Source: Prochlorococcus sp. AG-355-J09 (lineage in GTDB: Bacteria > Cyanobacteriota > Cyanobacteriia > PCC-6307 > Cyanobiaceae). From it: DNA of 64,000 nucleotides. The stretch is from contig QCDO01000009.1 in NCBI GenBank assembly GCA_003278735.1, positions 1,060 through 65,059 on the forward strand. The letters run 5' to 3'. The notes under the pieces are model-generated. The model made no database searches and was not told the DNA's origin. It was given only the letters and a program-made list of their open reading frames with translations. The translations under genes were made by a program, and so were the position numbers. Of this stretch, positions 1 through 12,149 are shown piece by piece (position 1 is the stretch's first letter; every line of letters begins with the position of its first letter).

Positions 1-422
1 CATCTGTTCCACCAGCACCTGCATTAATAGAAACTACTGCTCCTTCCTTATCGTATTCACCACATAACAATCTTTCAAATTCCCATTTATCCAAATTCTC
101 TCTTAATTTCTCTAATCCCAGTTGCGATTCTAAAATCATTTCCTCTTCAGGTTCTAGAGAATAAAGCTCAAGAGATGCATTAGCATCAGAAATAAAAGTT
201 TTCCATTTATCTAACAATTCTAGTTGTGCTTTGACATCATCAAGGATTAACATTTGCTTTTTAGCTTCTTCTTGATTTTGCCAAAATTCTTGCTGAGCAG
301 AAATTTGCTCTAACTCTTTCCTTTTCGCTTTTAATCTTGGAACGTCAAAGACAATCCTGAGCATTACCCAGGCGCTCTGTTAGTTCCGAAAGATCCTTTT
401 TGAAATCTGTAATATCTATCAA
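1..422 (-). CDS. prfB: Peptide chain release factor 2 (5' part, runs off the window start), with programmed +1 frameshift
   Basis: Minus strand reads TTG(422) IDITDFKKDLSELTERLGNAQDCL, then CTT-TGA-C at 350-344. The +1 frame continues DVPRLKAKRKELEQISAQQEFW...INAGAGGTD, typical of RF2. Confidence 0.95.
344..358 (-). other. prfB programmed +1 ribosomal frameshift site
   Basis: AGGATTGT-CTT-TGA-C on the minus strand: an internal SD-like AGGA upstream of the canonical CTTTGAC slippery site. Confidence 0.92.
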
Positions 423-498
423 AATAGAATTTAATCGTTATTTATAATCTAACAAGCACTTTTGTTTAATAGTATAAACTAAGTATTATTTTAAAAAA

Positions 499-753
499 AT
501 GTCCAAAGTTGAAATTTATACTTGGCAATATTGCCCATTCTGTATTCGAGCAAAATCACTACTAAAGAAAAAAAATGTAGATTTCGCAGAATATAAAATA
601 GATGGCGACGAAGATGCCAGAGCATTGATGATTGAAAGAGCTGATGGTAGAAGAACATTACCACAAATATTTATAGATAATGAGGGTATCGGAGGCTGCG
701 ATGATCTCTACGCATTAGAAAATGAAAATAAATTAGAAGCATTATTAAACTAG
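499..753 (+). CDS. grxC: Glutaredoxin 3
   Basis: CPFC active site, TLPQIFI and IGGCDDL motifs. Confidence 0.95.
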   Translation: MSKVEIYTWQYCPFCIRAKSLLKKKNVDFAEYKIDGDEDARALMIERADGRRTLPQIFIDNEGIGGCDDLYALENENKLEALLN

Positions 754-758
754 ATCTT

Positions 759-1682
759 ATGAAATTTCTATTCGTAATAGATCCAATTAAAAATATAAAT
801 CCCTTAAAAGATTCAACTGCTGCTTTAATGCAAGCATCATCAAAAAAAAATATTGAAATCTGGAGTTGTACTCCTCAAGACCTTGAAGCTAGAGGTGATG
901 AAGTATGGGCATCTTCCATAAAAGTTGAAGTAATTCCATGGATTTCTTTCAAAGAGAATGATTGCATACCTCTCGCTGAATTTAATTGCATTTGGATGAG
1001 AAAAGATCCACCTGTAAATGAGGCTTATTTATATGCTACCCATCTTTTAGAAGTTGCCGAAAGAAAAGGAGTAAAAGTAATTAACAAACCCTCATCGTTA
1101 AGAGCCTGGAATGAAAAGCTAGGTGCTTTAAGATACAGCCACTTAATGGCACCTACAATAGTTGCGAGTAAGGTAAAAGATCTTATTAATTTTGCAAATA
1201 TAAATAATGAAGTAGTCATAAAACCTCTTGGAGGAAAAGGTGGTCAAGGTGTTATAAGGATAAATAAAAATTCTCCAGGAATTAAATCAATCATTGAATT
1301 AATCACTTCTCAAGAAGAATTACCCGTTATGATGCAAAAATTTATTCCTGAAGTCATAGAGGGTGATAAAAGAATAATTATCGTAAATGGAGAAGCAATT
1401 GGATCAATAAATAGGATTCCTCAAGGAGGCGATTTTAGGAGTAATTTAGCGATGGGAGGCAAGGCTGAACCCACATTATTAACAGAAAAAGAAAAAAGTA
1501 TCTGCTCAGAATTATCTCAACACTTCAAAGATGAGGGTTTATTTTTTGTAGGTATTGATGTAATAAATGGAATGCTTAGCGAGATTAATGTAACCAGTCC
1601 AACAGGCTTAAGAGAAATAGAAAATTTATCCAATAAGAATGTTTCAGCGGAAGTTATTAAAAAATTAGTAGAAATTATCTAG
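759..1682 (+). CDS. gshB: Glutathione synthetase
   Basis: [23 protein letters not shown] and EINVTSPTG motifs. Confidence 0.97.
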   Translation: MKFLFVIDPIKNINPLKDSTAALMQASSKKNIEIWSCTPQDLEARGDEVWASSIKVEVIPWISFKENDCIPLAEFNCIWMRKDPPVNEAYLYATHLLEVAERKGVKVINKPSSLRAWNEKLGALRYSHLMAPTIVASKVKDLINFANINNEVVIKPLGGKGGQGVIRINKNSPGIKSIIELITSQEELPVMMQKFIPEVIEGDKRIIIVNGEAIGSINRIPQGGDFRSNLAMGGKAEPTLLTEKEKSICSELSQHFKDEGLFFVGIDVINGMLSEINVTSPTGLREIENLSNKNVSAEVIKKLVEII

Positions 1683-3087
1683 GATTTTTAGCGCAAAATA
1701 TCTGTTTTACTATAGATTCAAATTTTAATTTAATCTCATCTATTTCTTTCTCTAAAACGGAGCCTGAAACTATACCTGAACCTGCAGTAAATTCAATATT
1801 TTCTTCAAGAGATCTGGCGCCTCTTATTGTCAAAAGAAATGAAGCATTGCCTGATGAATCCACCCAACCCATTGGAGAAGCATAATTTCCCCTAGGAAAA
1901 GACTCAAGAGTGTTTATCCAATCCAATGCTGCATTTTTTGGGTATCCACAAACAGCCGGAGTTGGATGAAGGTTTTTAAGCAATTCAAAAGGACAAATAT
2001 TTTCAACCTTAGAGAAAATAAGTGTTTGCAAATGAGAAATATCTCCAAATGAATTTACCTTTATATCACTTTTTTTAAAGTTTGTTATTTTTGAAACTTC
2101 TAAAGATTTAATTAAATATTGTATTACATAATTATGTTCCTTTAAGTCTTTAGTACTTTTTAGGAGTTTCTTAAAATTTGAATTATTAGATATAGTTCCA
2201 GCAAGAGCCTCTAAAGTTAAATTGGGTTTAGAAAAAGAAAATAATTTTTCTGGAGATGCTCCAAACAAAATATCCTTATTATTCCTTTTCCAAACATATC
2301 TGCATGTATTTGGTTGATTTTTTTTAAATCTTTTTAAAATTTCTACTAAATCAAATTTATTTTTATGTTTTATTTTAATCCTATTCGCTAAAACTATCTT
2401 TTCGAGGATACCTTTCTCAACTAATTGAATTCCTCTATTAACTACTTTTTTCATATTTGTTTTAGAAGTTTCCAAGGAGCGCGAGAAATCATCAATAAAA
2501 GAGGAATCAAAACTATTCTTTAAGCCAGGTGATTTTATTAATTCCGACTCAGAATTAATAACTTTATTTCTAATTGTCCATATTTCTTCAATTAAAGTTC
2601 TTAATGATGATTTACCTTCAACGTGACCATTGATTCTTAACCAGCAATTCTTATCACTTCTAGTAATTAATATTTTTGGCAAGATGGCTTCCAAACTAGG
2701 GATATCTGAAGGTAAATTCTTATTATTCAAATTTTCAGAGAAAGAAAATAGATAAATTATTTTTGAAAGTGCAGAATTATGCGATTCATTAGTTAAGTTA
2801 ATTAAATTTTTAAAATTCTCAGAATTAAACTCTTTTGCTACATCAAATCTTTTTGGACCATCCAAAGTAACATATTTACACTTCTCGAAAGCTATATATG
2901 AAATGCCATCAGATTCCTCCCAAAATGAAGAAAACGGATATTTATTTATTAACAATTCATAAACTTGAAATAAATCAATACAAGGAATCTCAACACAAAT
3001 ACTTACTAACCCAGAATTTTCAACTTTCTTATCGAAAGAGGAAAATACATCTTTTAAAAAATCTGTTAAGTTTAAATCATTTTTCAT
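1675..3087 (-). CDS. menF: Isochorismate synthase
   Basis: Chorismate-binding motifs [32 protein letters not shown]; adjacent to men genes. Confidence 0.9.
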   Translation of the reverse strand: MKNDLNLTDFLKDVFSSFDKKVENSGLVSICVEIPCIDLFQVYELLINKYPFSSFWEESDGISYIAFEKCKYVTLDGPKRFDVAKEFNSENFKNLINLTNESHNSALSKIIYLFSFSENLNNKNLPSDIPSLEAILPKILITRSDKNCWLRINGHVEGKSSLRTLIEEIWTIRNKVINSESELIKSPGLKNSFDSSFIDDFSRSLETSKTNMKKVVNRGIQLVEKGILEKIVLANRIKIKHKNKFDLVEILKRFKKNQPNTCRYVWKRNNKDILFGASPEKLFSFSKPNLTLEALAGTISNNSNFKKLLKSTKDLKEHNYVIQYLIKSLEVSKITNFKKSDIKVNSFGDISHLQTLIFSKVENICPFELLKNLHPTPAVCGYPKNAALDWINTLESFPRGNYASPMGWVDSSGNASFLLTIRGARSLEENIEFTAGSGIVSGSVLEKEIDEIKLKFESIVKQIFCAKNPR

Positions 3088-3188
3088 TACTTATTGAAAA
3101 TAACTAAAAATCATGCAATAAAGTAAAAAATGTAACTCAATTTATAAACTACATTTAATAATTATCGAATTTTGTGTGTTAATTAAAA

Positions 3189-4106
3189 ATGGAAGAAGAT
3201 AAAAAAAAATTATGGAAACAAGCAATAAAATGGCCCCTTTATTCTGTTGCCATACTTCCAGTTTTAATAACAGGGGCTTATTTGCTAAATCTATATGAAA
3301 AGGTAAAAATTTATAATTTGATTGCATTTACTTTAGCCGCAATTTTGATATTACTTTGGGAAAATCTAACTAATGATTTATTCGACGCAGAAACAGGAAT
3401 CGATGAATTTAAATTCCATTCAATTGTAAATCTTGTAAAAAATAAAAAAATAATTTCATTTATTGCATATACATCTTTAGTTATTGGCTTATTAATAATT
3501 TCAATTATTTCAGTATCAACAAGTATAAACATTTTAATTTTGGTGGCAGCTTGCTGCTTCTTAGGATATTTATATCAAGGTCCTCCTTTTAGATTTGGCT
3601 ATAAAGGTTTAGGAGAACCATTATGCTGGCTTGCATTTGGACCTTTTGCTTACTCTGCAGTCTTAATTGCGTTAAATCCATCTAATATTTACTTTGAAGA
3701 TATTCCATGGAAAGTTTCTTTATTACTTAGTTCAGGACCTTCCTTGGCAACAACTCTTGTATTATTTTGTTCTCATTTTCATCAAATTTCTGAAGATAAA
3801 AAGCATGGAAAAAATTCACCTTTAGTTCGCTTAGGGGCAAAAAAAGGTTCTCAATTTGTGCCTTGGATAATTTTTACAATATATATTTTTCAACTTTTCA
3901 CTATAGTTAATGGATTTATTCCAGTGTTTTGTATCCTTTATTTGATTAGTTTCCCTCAAGCAATAAGACTTATAAATTTATTAAAATCTTCATATAAAAA
4001 ACCTAGTGCAATAAAAAATTGTAAATTCATCGCAATAAAATTTCAAACTCTTAATGGAGTTGGCTTAATCACAGGATTAATATTTAATTACTTGCTTAAT
4101 AAATGA
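3189..4106 (+). CDS. menA: DHNA phytyltransferase (UbiA family)
   Basis: Hydrophobic, with NDLFDAETGID and YQGPPFRFGYKGLGE motifs. Confidence 0.93.
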   Translation: MEEDKKKLWKQAIKWPLYSVAILPVLITGAYLLNLYEKVKIYNLIAFTLAAILILLWENLTNDLFDAETGIDEFKFHSIVNLVKNKKIISFIAYTSLVIGLLIISIISVSTSINILILVAACCFLGYLYQGPPFRFGYKGLGEPLCWLAFGPFAYSAVLIALNPSNIYFEDIPWKVSLLLSSGPSLATTLVLFCSHFHQISEDKKHGKNSPLVRLGAKKGSQFVPWIIFTIYIFQLFTIVNGFIPVFCILYLISFPQAIRLINLLKSSYKKPSAIKNCKFIAIKFQTLNGVGLITGLIFNYLLNK

Positions 4107-5068
4107 ACTTAATATTTCAAAAAAAATCTTATAGTTTTAAGTTATCCGCCAAAGTAGAAAATTCTAAAACCACTTACCATACAAAATCGGGGTGGATAAT
4201 TAAATTAATAAGTAATGATAAAAAAATTGGGTTTGGAGAAGTTTCACCGCTTCATAAAGAAGACCTAAAAAAGTGTGCGAAACAACTAGATATGATCCCT
4301 TCGTATGTAGAAGTATTGAATTTATCTGAGCAAATAAATATTTTTCACCCATGCATTCAATCTGCAATAAATTCTGCATTAGCCGAAATAAATGGAAAAA
4401 TAATTTTTAAAGAAAAATACTACTTTGATAAAATTGATAAAACAGCCATATTGTTAAATCATGAAAATGTAGTTTCAGATCTAAATGAAATTAAAAAAAG
4501 ACAATCTGATATTGGAAAATCATTAACCATAAAATGGAAAGTAGCATTAAAAAATAATCATGAGGAAGAAGCAAGTTTAGAAGAAATTTTAAGCCAAATA
4601 GGCAACAATATTAAGTTAAGAATAGATGCTAATGGTTCTTGGGGAAGAGAGATAGCTAATAGATGGGCTGATATTTTGAAGGATAACAAAAATGTAGATT
4701 GGTTAGAACAACCTCTCTGTGTTGATGATATTGATGGACTCACAGAACTCAACAAAAAAATCCCTATAGCCTTAGACGAATCACTTTTAAAATTTCCAAA
4801 TTTGATTGATGAGTGGAAAGGTTGGCAAATTAGAAGGCCTTCTCAAGAAAATAATCCTGTTAAACTTTTAAGAGAATTAGAAAATAAAAAAGCTTTAATA
4901 TCTATAAGTACCTCATTTGAAACTGGTATAGGGAAGAGATGGCTTTATCATTTATCGTCTCTACAATTACAGGGACCAACTCCAAAAGTTCCTGGTTTAG
5001 CAATTAATAAATTCCCTAATTCTTTTCTATTTTTAAATGAAGCAAAAAAGATATGGGATCAACTATGA
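4103..5068 (+). CDS. menC: o-succinylbenzoate synthase
   Basis: Enolase-superfamily motifs KWKV, RIDANG, WLEQP, ALDES; ATGA overlap with menA. Confidence 0.9.
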   Translation: MNLIFQKKSYSFKLSAKVENSKTTYHTKSGWIIKLISNDKKIGFGEVSPLHKEDLKKCAKQLDMIPSYVEVLNLSEQINIFHPCIQSAINSALAEINGKIIFKEKYYFDKIDKTAILLNHENVVSDLNEIKKRQSDIGKSLTIKWKVALKNNHEEEASLEEILSQIGNNIKLRIDANGSWGREIANRWADILKDNKNVDWLEQPLCVDDIDGLTELNKKIPIALDESLLKFPNLIDEWKGWQIRRPSQENNPVKLLRELENKKALISISTSFETGIGKRWLYHLSSLQLQGPTPKVPGLAINKFPNSFLFLNEAKKIWDQL

Positions 5069-6267
5069 AAAATAAAATTCATACTATTGAAGTGGAAAAT
5101 AACGAAACTCAATCTGTAGAGAAAATTATTGAAAAAATTAGAGAGAATAAAATTATTTATATAAAAAACAAATTTTATGAAGACAAAGATGTATTAAATT
5201 CAATTACTGAAAATGGGCCAGCAATTATCTTAAACAGTAGTGGGAGTTCTGGAAAACCGAGACAATGTTTTCACCATTTAGATAATCTTAAATTATCTGC
5301 AATTACATCAGGTCAATGGCTAATAGAGCAAGGATTTGAATTGCAAAACTGCTTAATTTTAAATACTTTACCACTGAACCATATAAGTGGATTAATGCCA
5401 ATTTTTAGAAGTCAAACTTGGGGATGTGATTGTATTAATATTTCTCCGAATTTGTTAAAAAAAACTAGAGAACTTTTACTTTTTACAATTAAATTTAAAA
5501 AAAACAAAAAACACTTGATTACGTCATTAGTACCTACCCAATTACAAAGACTTTTAGCGCAAAAAGATGGAATTAGTTGGCTAAAAATTTTTGATCTAAT
5601 TTGGGTAGGTGGAGCTTCAATTTCAGACGCAACTGCAGAACAATGTATAAAAGAAAAAATAAAATTAGCACCTTGTTACGGGTCAACTGAAACTGCAGCA
5701 ATGGTTACGAGTTTAAAACCAAAAGAATTCTTAATGGGTTTTAAAAATGTTGGAGAAATACTACCTGATACAAACATAAGAATTAACGCACAAGGATTAA
5801 TCGAGATAAAATCAGCAAGAATTGGAATCGAAATAATAGACTCTTTAAAAACTAAAAATTTCACAAATAAAAATGGGTGGTGGCAAACAAGTGATTTAGG
5901 TGAAATTAATCAAATCAATAATTCTTTCTATTTAAACTTTGTTGGAAGAAATGATAATGCCTTTAATTCAGGAGGAGAAATCGTTTTCCCTGAAGTAATT
6001 GAATCTAGATTAAATGATTTCATTATTAAAGAAAATATCCCAATTAATAAATTCAATATTTCTAAAGTATCTAACAAATTATGGGAAAATAAAATTAAAG
6101 TAATAGTTGAATTTAGAGAACTTACTAATAATAAAAATATTGAAATTTCTTTAAATTTATTAAAAAAATTTTCTCAAAGTTGGCCTAAACATGAAAAGCC
6201 TGAAAAGTGGATTGTTAAAAACAAAAATAGCATTGCAGAAAAAATAAACTATAAATTTAAAAAATAA
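5065..6267 (+). CDS. menE: o-succinylbenzoate-CoA ligase
   Basis: AMP-binding SSGSSGKP, YGSTET, SGGE. Start placed at ATG 5065 (ATGA overlap with menC) rather than 5053. Confidence 0.88.
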   Translation: MKNKIHTIEVENNETQSVEKIIEKIRENKIIYIKNKFYEDKDVLNSITENGPAIILNSSGSSGKPRQCFHHLDNLKLSAITSGQWLIEQGFELQNCLILNTLPLNHISGLMPIFRSQTWGCDCINISPNLLKKTRELLLFTIKFKKNKKHLITSLVPTQLQRLLAQKDGISWLKIFDLIWVGGASISDATAEQCIKEKIKLAPCYGSTETAAMVTSLKPKEFLMGFKNVGEILPDTNIRINAQGLIEIKSARIGIEIIDSLKTKNFTNKNGWWQTSDLGEINQINNSFYLNFVGRNDNAFNSGGEIVFPEVIESRLNDFIIKENIPINKFNISKVSNKLWENKIKVIVEFRELTNNKNIEISLNLLKKFSQSWPKHEKPEKWIVKNKNSIAEKINYKFKK

Positions 6268-6270
6268 TCA

Positions 6271-6723
<453 letters not shown>

Positions 6724-6732
6724 TTAAAGAAA

Positions 6733-7920
6733 TTATCTATCAACAGATCCCATAATGACATCTATTGAACCAAGGATTGCCATAATATCAGCGATTTTGG
6801 CACCTTTAAGAATATGAGGCAATATTTGCAGATTATTTAAATCAGCTGCTCTGATTTTAAATCTCCATGGGGTAACTTCATTATTTCCTTGAATAAATAC
6901 ACCTATTTCTCCCTTGCCGGACTCTAATCTTGTATATAATTCTCCGTTAGGAATTTTAAAAGTTGGAGCAACCTTCTTAGCTACATATTGATAGTCGATA
7001 CCAAAGATTTCACTTTTCTTATCTTCAGTCGCCATTCTTTGAGCTTCTAAATTTTCTGTTGGACCTCCTGGAATCATTTTGCAAGCTTGGCGAATGATGC
7101 TTAGTGATTGTCTCATCTCTTCAACTCTTACTCGATATCTCGCATAACAATCTCCTTCTTTTTCTGAAGCAATCTGCCAATCAAAATCGTCATAACATTC
7201 ATAACTATCGACTTTCCTTAAATCCCAGGAAACTCCAGAAGCTCTAAGCATTGGGCCAGACAAAGACCAATTAATTGCCTGGTCTCTTTGTATTGTTCCT
7301 AGACCTTCAATTCTTTTTCTAAAAATTGGATTATTTGTGATTAATTTTTCGTATTCATCTATCTTAGGACCGAACCAATCGCAAAAGTCTATACATTTTT
7401 CTAACCATCCGTATGGGAGATCACATGCAACACCGCCTATTCTAAAAAAATTATTATTTATTAGCCTTTGTCCAGTAGCAGCTTCCCAGAGATCATAGAT
7501 CATCTCTCTTTCTCTAAAAATATAGAAAAATGGAGTTTGAGCTCCTACGTCTGCTAAAAAGGGACCAAGCCATAAAAGATGATTAGCAATACGATTCAGT
7601 TCGAGCATAAGGACTCTGATGTAACTAGCTCTTTTGGGAACTGGAATATTAGCTAATCTTTCAGGAGCATTTACTACAATAGCTTCATAAAACATTCCTG
7701 CTGCGTAATCCATTCTGCTTACATAAGGGACATACATTACATTTGTCCTATTTTCAGCTATCTTTTCCATTCCTCTATGTAAATATCCAATTACTGGCTC
7801 ACAATCAATGACATTCTCACCATCAAGAGTTACAACTAACCTTAAAACCCCATGCATTGAGGGATGATGAGGGCCAAAATTGACAACCATTGGTTCTGTT
7901 CTAGTCTCTAGCTGAGCCAT
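6733..7920 (-). CDS. ndhH: NDH-1 subunit H
   Basis: [25 protein letters not shown]-terminal GSVDR. Confidence 0.98.
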
Positions 7921-7958
7921 TCAAAATTTAAGTTCTAAATAAATCTTAGTCGAAAGTT

Positions 7959-8861
7959 ATGCAAACTGACCTATCTGATTCATCTTTTTTCAATCATCAA
8001 TCAGTTATGACAGATGAGATTATGGCCTCATTAGAGCATTACCCACTTATACATAACAATCAACTTAAGGGAATAGACGCAACTTTAGGCGGAGGCGGAC
8101 ACTCTTATCATTTATTGAGAAAATATTCGGATTTAAATATAATTGGACTTGATCAAGATCCATTCGCTAGAAAGTCAGCATTAAAAAAACTTGATGAGTT
8201 TAAAAGTAGGATTGATATAAGGGCTTCAAATTTTGCGGATTTTGTACCAAAAGAAAAAGTTTCTTTTGTGATTGCAGATCTTGGAGTAAATAGTAACCAA
8301 CTTGATGACCCTAAAAGAGGATTTAGCTTCCAAAAAGATGGTCCGCTTGATATGCGCATGAATCCTTTTCTTGATGTTGATGCAGAGAAATTAATTGAGG
8401 CTTTAAATGAAAAAGATTTAGCTAACCTGATCTATAAATATGGAGATGAGAGATTATCAAGAAAGATTGCGCGGAAAATAAAATTGGATTTAAAGGAAAA
8501 TGGGAAATATTCTGGGACAAAAGAGTTAGCTTATTCTATTGCAGGCTGCTTCCCACCAAAACAAAGATATAAAAAAATACATCCAGCAACAAGAACATTT
8601 CAAGCTCTAAGAATTGCTGTTAATAAAGAAATTGAGGTATTAGAAAATTTTTTGCAAATTGTACCTGAATGGCTTTTGCCAGGGGGTATTGTTTCTATTA
8701 TTAGTTTTCATTCCCTTGAGGATAGGTTAGTTAAAAGTTGTTTTAAGAATGATCAAAGACTAAAAAATCTGACAAAAAAGCCAATAACTCCTTCCGAACA
8801 AGAAGTCGAACTTAATAAAAGAGCTAGAAGTGGAAAATTAAGAATTGCTCAATTAAATTAA
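7959..8861 (+). CDS. rsmH: 16S rRNA m4C1402 methyltransferase
   Basis: DATLGGGGHS, GPLDMRM, HPATRTFQALRIAVN, SFHSLEDR. Confidence 0.96.
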   Translation: MQTDLSDSSFFNHQSVMTDEIMASLEHYPLIHNNQLKGIDATLGGGGHSYHLLRKYSDLNIIGLDQDPFARKSALKKLDEFKSRIDIRASNFADFVPKEKVSFVIADLGVNSNQLDDPKRGFSFQKDGPLDMRMNPFLDVDAEKLIEALNEKDLANLIYKYGDERLSRKIARKIKLDLKENGKYSGTKELAYSIAGCFPPKQRYKKIHPATRTFQALRIAVNKEIEVLENFLQIVPEWLLPGGIVSIISFHSLEDRLVKSCFKNDQRLKNLTKKPITPSEQEVELNKRARSGKLRIAQLN

Positions 8862-8874
8862 AAGCCAATAATTT

Positions 8875-10020
8875 CTATCGTAATGATCTGATCGTATTTG
8901 TAAGAATATTAATTGCTTCTTTTATATCTTTAGCATTAGTGCTTAATCCAATACTTAACCTTATTGAAGATTCTGCTTCTTTAAATGATCTACCCAAGGC
9001 TAGTAAAACATGAGATGGTTCACCATTACTGCATGCAGATCCACTAGAACAAATTATTTTAGATTTTAAAAGTTTGTGAAACTTTGCTCCGTTTAAATCC
9101 AATACAGTCAAATTTAAATTGTGAGGTAATCTTTTTTCTATGGAGCCATTAATTAATAAGCCAGAATTATTTTTTAACAAACCCTCTAAAAGGTTATTTC
9201 TATGAAAAAGTAATTTCTCAGCATTATTTTTTTGATTAAGAACTGCTATCTCTATTGCTTTAGCAAAGCCAACTACTAAAGGAAGAGGTAATGTGCCAGA
9301 CCTAAGACCATATTCCTGACCTCCTCCAACAATTAAAGGCTCAAGATTAATTTCTTCATCAATCAAAAGAAGTCCTATCCCTTTAGGACCATATATTTTG
9401 TGAGAACTAATCGTTATCATGTTTACATCTGATAAAAGATTGTCTAACACCATATAACCTAAACATTGTGCAAAATCAGAGTGAAATGTTATTCCTCTCG
9501 ATTTACATATCTTTGAAATATTTTCTATGGGCTGAATAACTCCTATTTCGTTATTTGCCAACATGACACTAACCAGAAATGTATCTTCTCTTATATTTTT
9601 TTTGAATTGTTCTTCTGAAATTAAGCCATCTTTCTCAGGATTAATTTCTGTAACCATAAATCCCTCTTTTTTTAGTTGGTTTAGGGGCTCCAAAACAGCT
9701 TTATGCTCCGTTTTTAAGGTAATGATATGTCCATAATTTCCTGTGTTTTTATAGAAATTTCTAGCAAAACCTAATAAGGCTAAGTTATTAGATTCAGTTG
9801 CCCCACTTGTAAAAATAACTTTTTTATTCTTAAGAAATAAATTTTGTTCTATTTTTTCTCTTGAGGCTTCCAATACAGCGCTTGCGTTAATCCCCGCCAA
9901 ATTAGATTTGCTTGCAGGGTTAGAAAATATCTCACTCCAAAAAGGTTTCATAGAATCAACAACATCTTTAGAGCAAGGAGTCGAAGATTGATAGTCTAGT
10001 AGTATGGGAGTTGATAGCAT
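8875..10020 (-). CDS. iscS: Cysteine desulfurase (IscS/NifS-like)
   Basis: FTSGATESNN, SSHKIYGPKG (PLP lysine), SSGSACS. Confidence 0.9.
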   Translation of the reverse strand: MLSTPILLDYQSSTPCSKDVVDSMKPFWSEIFSNPASKSNLAGINASAVLEASREKIEQNLFLKNKKVIFTSGATESNNLALLGFARNFYKNTGNYGHIITLKTEHKAVLEPLNQLKKEGFMVTEINPEKDGLISEEQFKKNIREDTFLVSVMLANNEIGVIQPIENISKICKSRGITFHSDFAQCLGYMVLDNLLSDVNMITISSHKIYGPKGIGLLLIDEEINLEPLIVGGGQEYGLRSGTLPLPLVVGFAKAIEIAVLNQKNNAEKLLFHRNNLLEGLLKNNSGLLINGSIEKRLPHNLNLTVLDLNGAKFHKLLKSKIICSSGSACSNGEPSHVLLALGRSFKEAESSIRLSIGLSTNAKDIKEAINILTNTIRSLR

Positions 10021-10078
10021 TATGTTTAGTATATAAAATTCTGTTTATTGCTAAAAATCAAATTAAAGAATTTAAAAA

Positions 10079-10807
10079 ATGAATGAAATTAATCAAATAA
10101 ATAATGAACCGGTAAGAAAATCAAGAATTTTATTAGTTGATGATGAGCCTGGTTTAAGAACAGCTGTTAAAACATTTCTAGAAGATGAAGGCTTTGAAAT
10201 ATTTATTGCAGTTGATGGAGAGGATGGTTGGGAAAAAGCTCAAACAATTTTCCCCGATTTGATAATTAGCGATGTAATGATGCCCCGAGCCAACGGTTAT
10301 GCTTTATTAGAAAAAATTAGAGAGGATGAAAAATTAGGAGGAACTCCAGTTATTTTTCTAACCGCAAAAGGAATGACCCTAGACAGAACCGAAGGTTATC
10401 TTGCAGGAGTTGATGATTATATTTCCAAACCTTTCGATCCCGATGAATTAGCAGCAAGAGTTAAAAATGTAATAAACAGACAAGAACGTTTACTAAAAGA
10501 AGCTGCAAGATTCGCAGATATTGATGTAAGCAAAATGGCAAAACAAATTACTGAAATAAAATTTATGCTCACAGACCAAAACCAGACTAATCCAGAAAAT
10601 AAAATAAATCTTCCTAGTTTTACGCCAAGAGAAGCAAGTGTGCTTCAACTAGTAGCAGAGGGACTGATGAACAAGGAAATTGCAAGACAGCTTGAAACGT
10701 CTATTAGAAATGTTGAGAAATATGTAAGTAGACTTTTTATCAAGACAGGTACATCTAGCCGAACAGAATTAGTTCGTTATGCACTTGAAAATCATTTAGT
10801 AAAATAA
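10079..10807 (+). CDS. ycf29: NarL/LuxR-family response regulator (Ycf29/Rre1-like)
   Basis: Receiver domain (VDDE, SDVMMP, KPF) plus LuxR HTH (TPRE...GLMNKEIA). Confidence 0.82.
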   Translation: MNEINQINNEPVRKSRILLVDDEPGLRTAVKTFLEDEGFEIFIAVDGEDGWEKAQTIFPDLIISDVMMPRANGYALLEKIREDEKLGGTPVIFLTAKGMTLDRTEGYLAGVDDYISKPFDPDELAARVKNVINRQERLLKEAARFADIDVSKMAKQITEIKFMLTDQNQTNPENKINLPSFTPREASVLQLVAEGLMNKEIARQLETSIRNVEKYVSRLFIKTGTSSRTELVRYALENHLVK

Positions 10808-10808
10808 A

Positions 10809-11510
10809 CTACTTAATTTTTTCGAATTCAATTAGTTTTGAAAAGTAAAAAGGAGCTTGATTTAATTTCTTTTTAACAACTTTAAATCCTCTTTCTTTAG
10901 CAGCATTAATAATACCCATTTCTTTCAATGTATATGCCCTTGTAGTTTTACTTGGCCCAGGAAATAATTTTCCAATATTTTTTAGAACAGCAAGAACAGG
11001 AGTATAAGGAGCAAAGCTAACGATTAGTTTTTCTTTGCTTAAATCGCATAAATGTTGAACCATTTCTTCTGCGACCGGTTGAGGATAATGAATAAATACA
11101 TCCAAACAAATTACAACATCAAATAATCCTTTTAATTTTTCCAGATCACAGACTTCATATTTAATTTTACCTTGACTCAAACCTAATTCATGAATGCGTT
11201 TTTTTGTTTCTTTAATCATTTCAGAAGAAATATCGCTCACCTGTAGTTCTTTTATACCGAGTCTTAATAAAGGTATGGAAAGACTTCCTACACCACAGCC
11301 TGCATCACAATAACTTTTTTTTGTTAGTTCAGGATAATTTTTGATGTATGAGACTACATCATCTACAGTTTTTTGATGTCCTTTCCTAATATTTTTCTGA
11401 ACTGTATTAATTTCATCAGATTTGCTATAAATTTTATTCCACCTTTCAAAGCCAATACCATTAAAGTACTCCTTAACTTCACTTTTTTCGATAATCTTAT
11501 TTGACGTCAT
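10809..11510 (-). CDS. chlM: Mg-protoporphyrin IX methyltransferase
   Basis: YFNGIGFERW, DAGCGVGSL, CLDVFIHYP, FPGPSKTTRAY. Confidence 0.96.
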   Translation of the reverse strand: MTSNKIIEKSEVKEYFNGIGFERWNKIYSKSDEINTVQKNIRKGHQKTVDDVVSYIKNYPELTKKSYCDAGCGVGSLSIPLLRLGIKELQVSDISSEMIKETKKRIHELGLSQGKIKYEVCDLEKLKGLFDVVICLDVFIHYPQPVAEEMVQHLCDLSKEKLIVSFAPYTPVLAVLKNIGKLFPGPSKTTRAYTLKEMGIINAAKERGFKVVKKKLNQAPFYFSKLIEFEKIK

Positions 11511-11599
11511 AATATTCTTTGAAAATTTATTCTTTTTATACTAACTAACTGGCGTCAAATTAATTGCGCGCCATTATAGGAAAGAATTGATTTGTTATT

Positions 11600-12139
11600 T
11601 TGTCAGAATTGAATTCTAAAGATATTTATAAAATTGCTGTCGTCATGGGTAGTGATTCAGATCTAAAAACATTGAAACCAGCCATTGATATTTTAAGAGA
11701 ATTTGGAATAAAAACTGAAGTTTGTATACTTTCTGCACATCGAACGCCTATTGAAATGATGGAATATGCAAAAAATGCAGAATCAGAAAACATAAAAGTA
11801 ATAATTGCCGGTGCTGGGGGTGCTGCTCATCTTCCAGGAATGCTGGCATCCATAACTTGCATTCCTGTAATTGGCGTACCAGTAGAGAGTAAGACACTTA
11901 AGGGGATTGACTCTCTTTTATCAATAGTTCAAATGCCCGCTGGAATTCCAGTTGCAACAGTTGCAATTAATGGAGGTCAGAATGCTGGATTATTGGCAAT
12001 AGAGATGATCAGTTTATTTGATGAATCCATAAAGAAAAATTTGATAAAATTCAGAGAAAATCTACATTCACAGGTAAGAACTAAAAATAGTAAGTTATCA
12101 AATATTGGACCTGACAATTATCTTCAAAATATGAACTAA
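11600..12139 (+). CDS. purE: N5-CAIR mutase
   Basis: VMGSDSD, SAHRTP, AGAGGAAHLPGM, IVQMPAGIPVATV. Confidence 0.97.
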   Translation: MSELNSKDIYKIAVVMGSDSDLKTLKPAIDILREFGIKTEVCILSAHRTPIEMMEYAKNAESENIKVIIAGAGGAAHLPGMLASITCIPVIGVPVESKTLKGIDSLLSIVQMPAGIPVATVAINGGQNAGLLAIEMISLFDESIKKNLIKFRENLHSQVRTKNSKLSNIGPDNYLQNMN

Positions 12140-12149
12140 TATTTTTCTA

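Noticed and set aside
345..347. In-frame TGA early in prfB, suggesting a pseudogene
   Set aside because: It is the canonical CTT-TGA-C programmed frameshift site.
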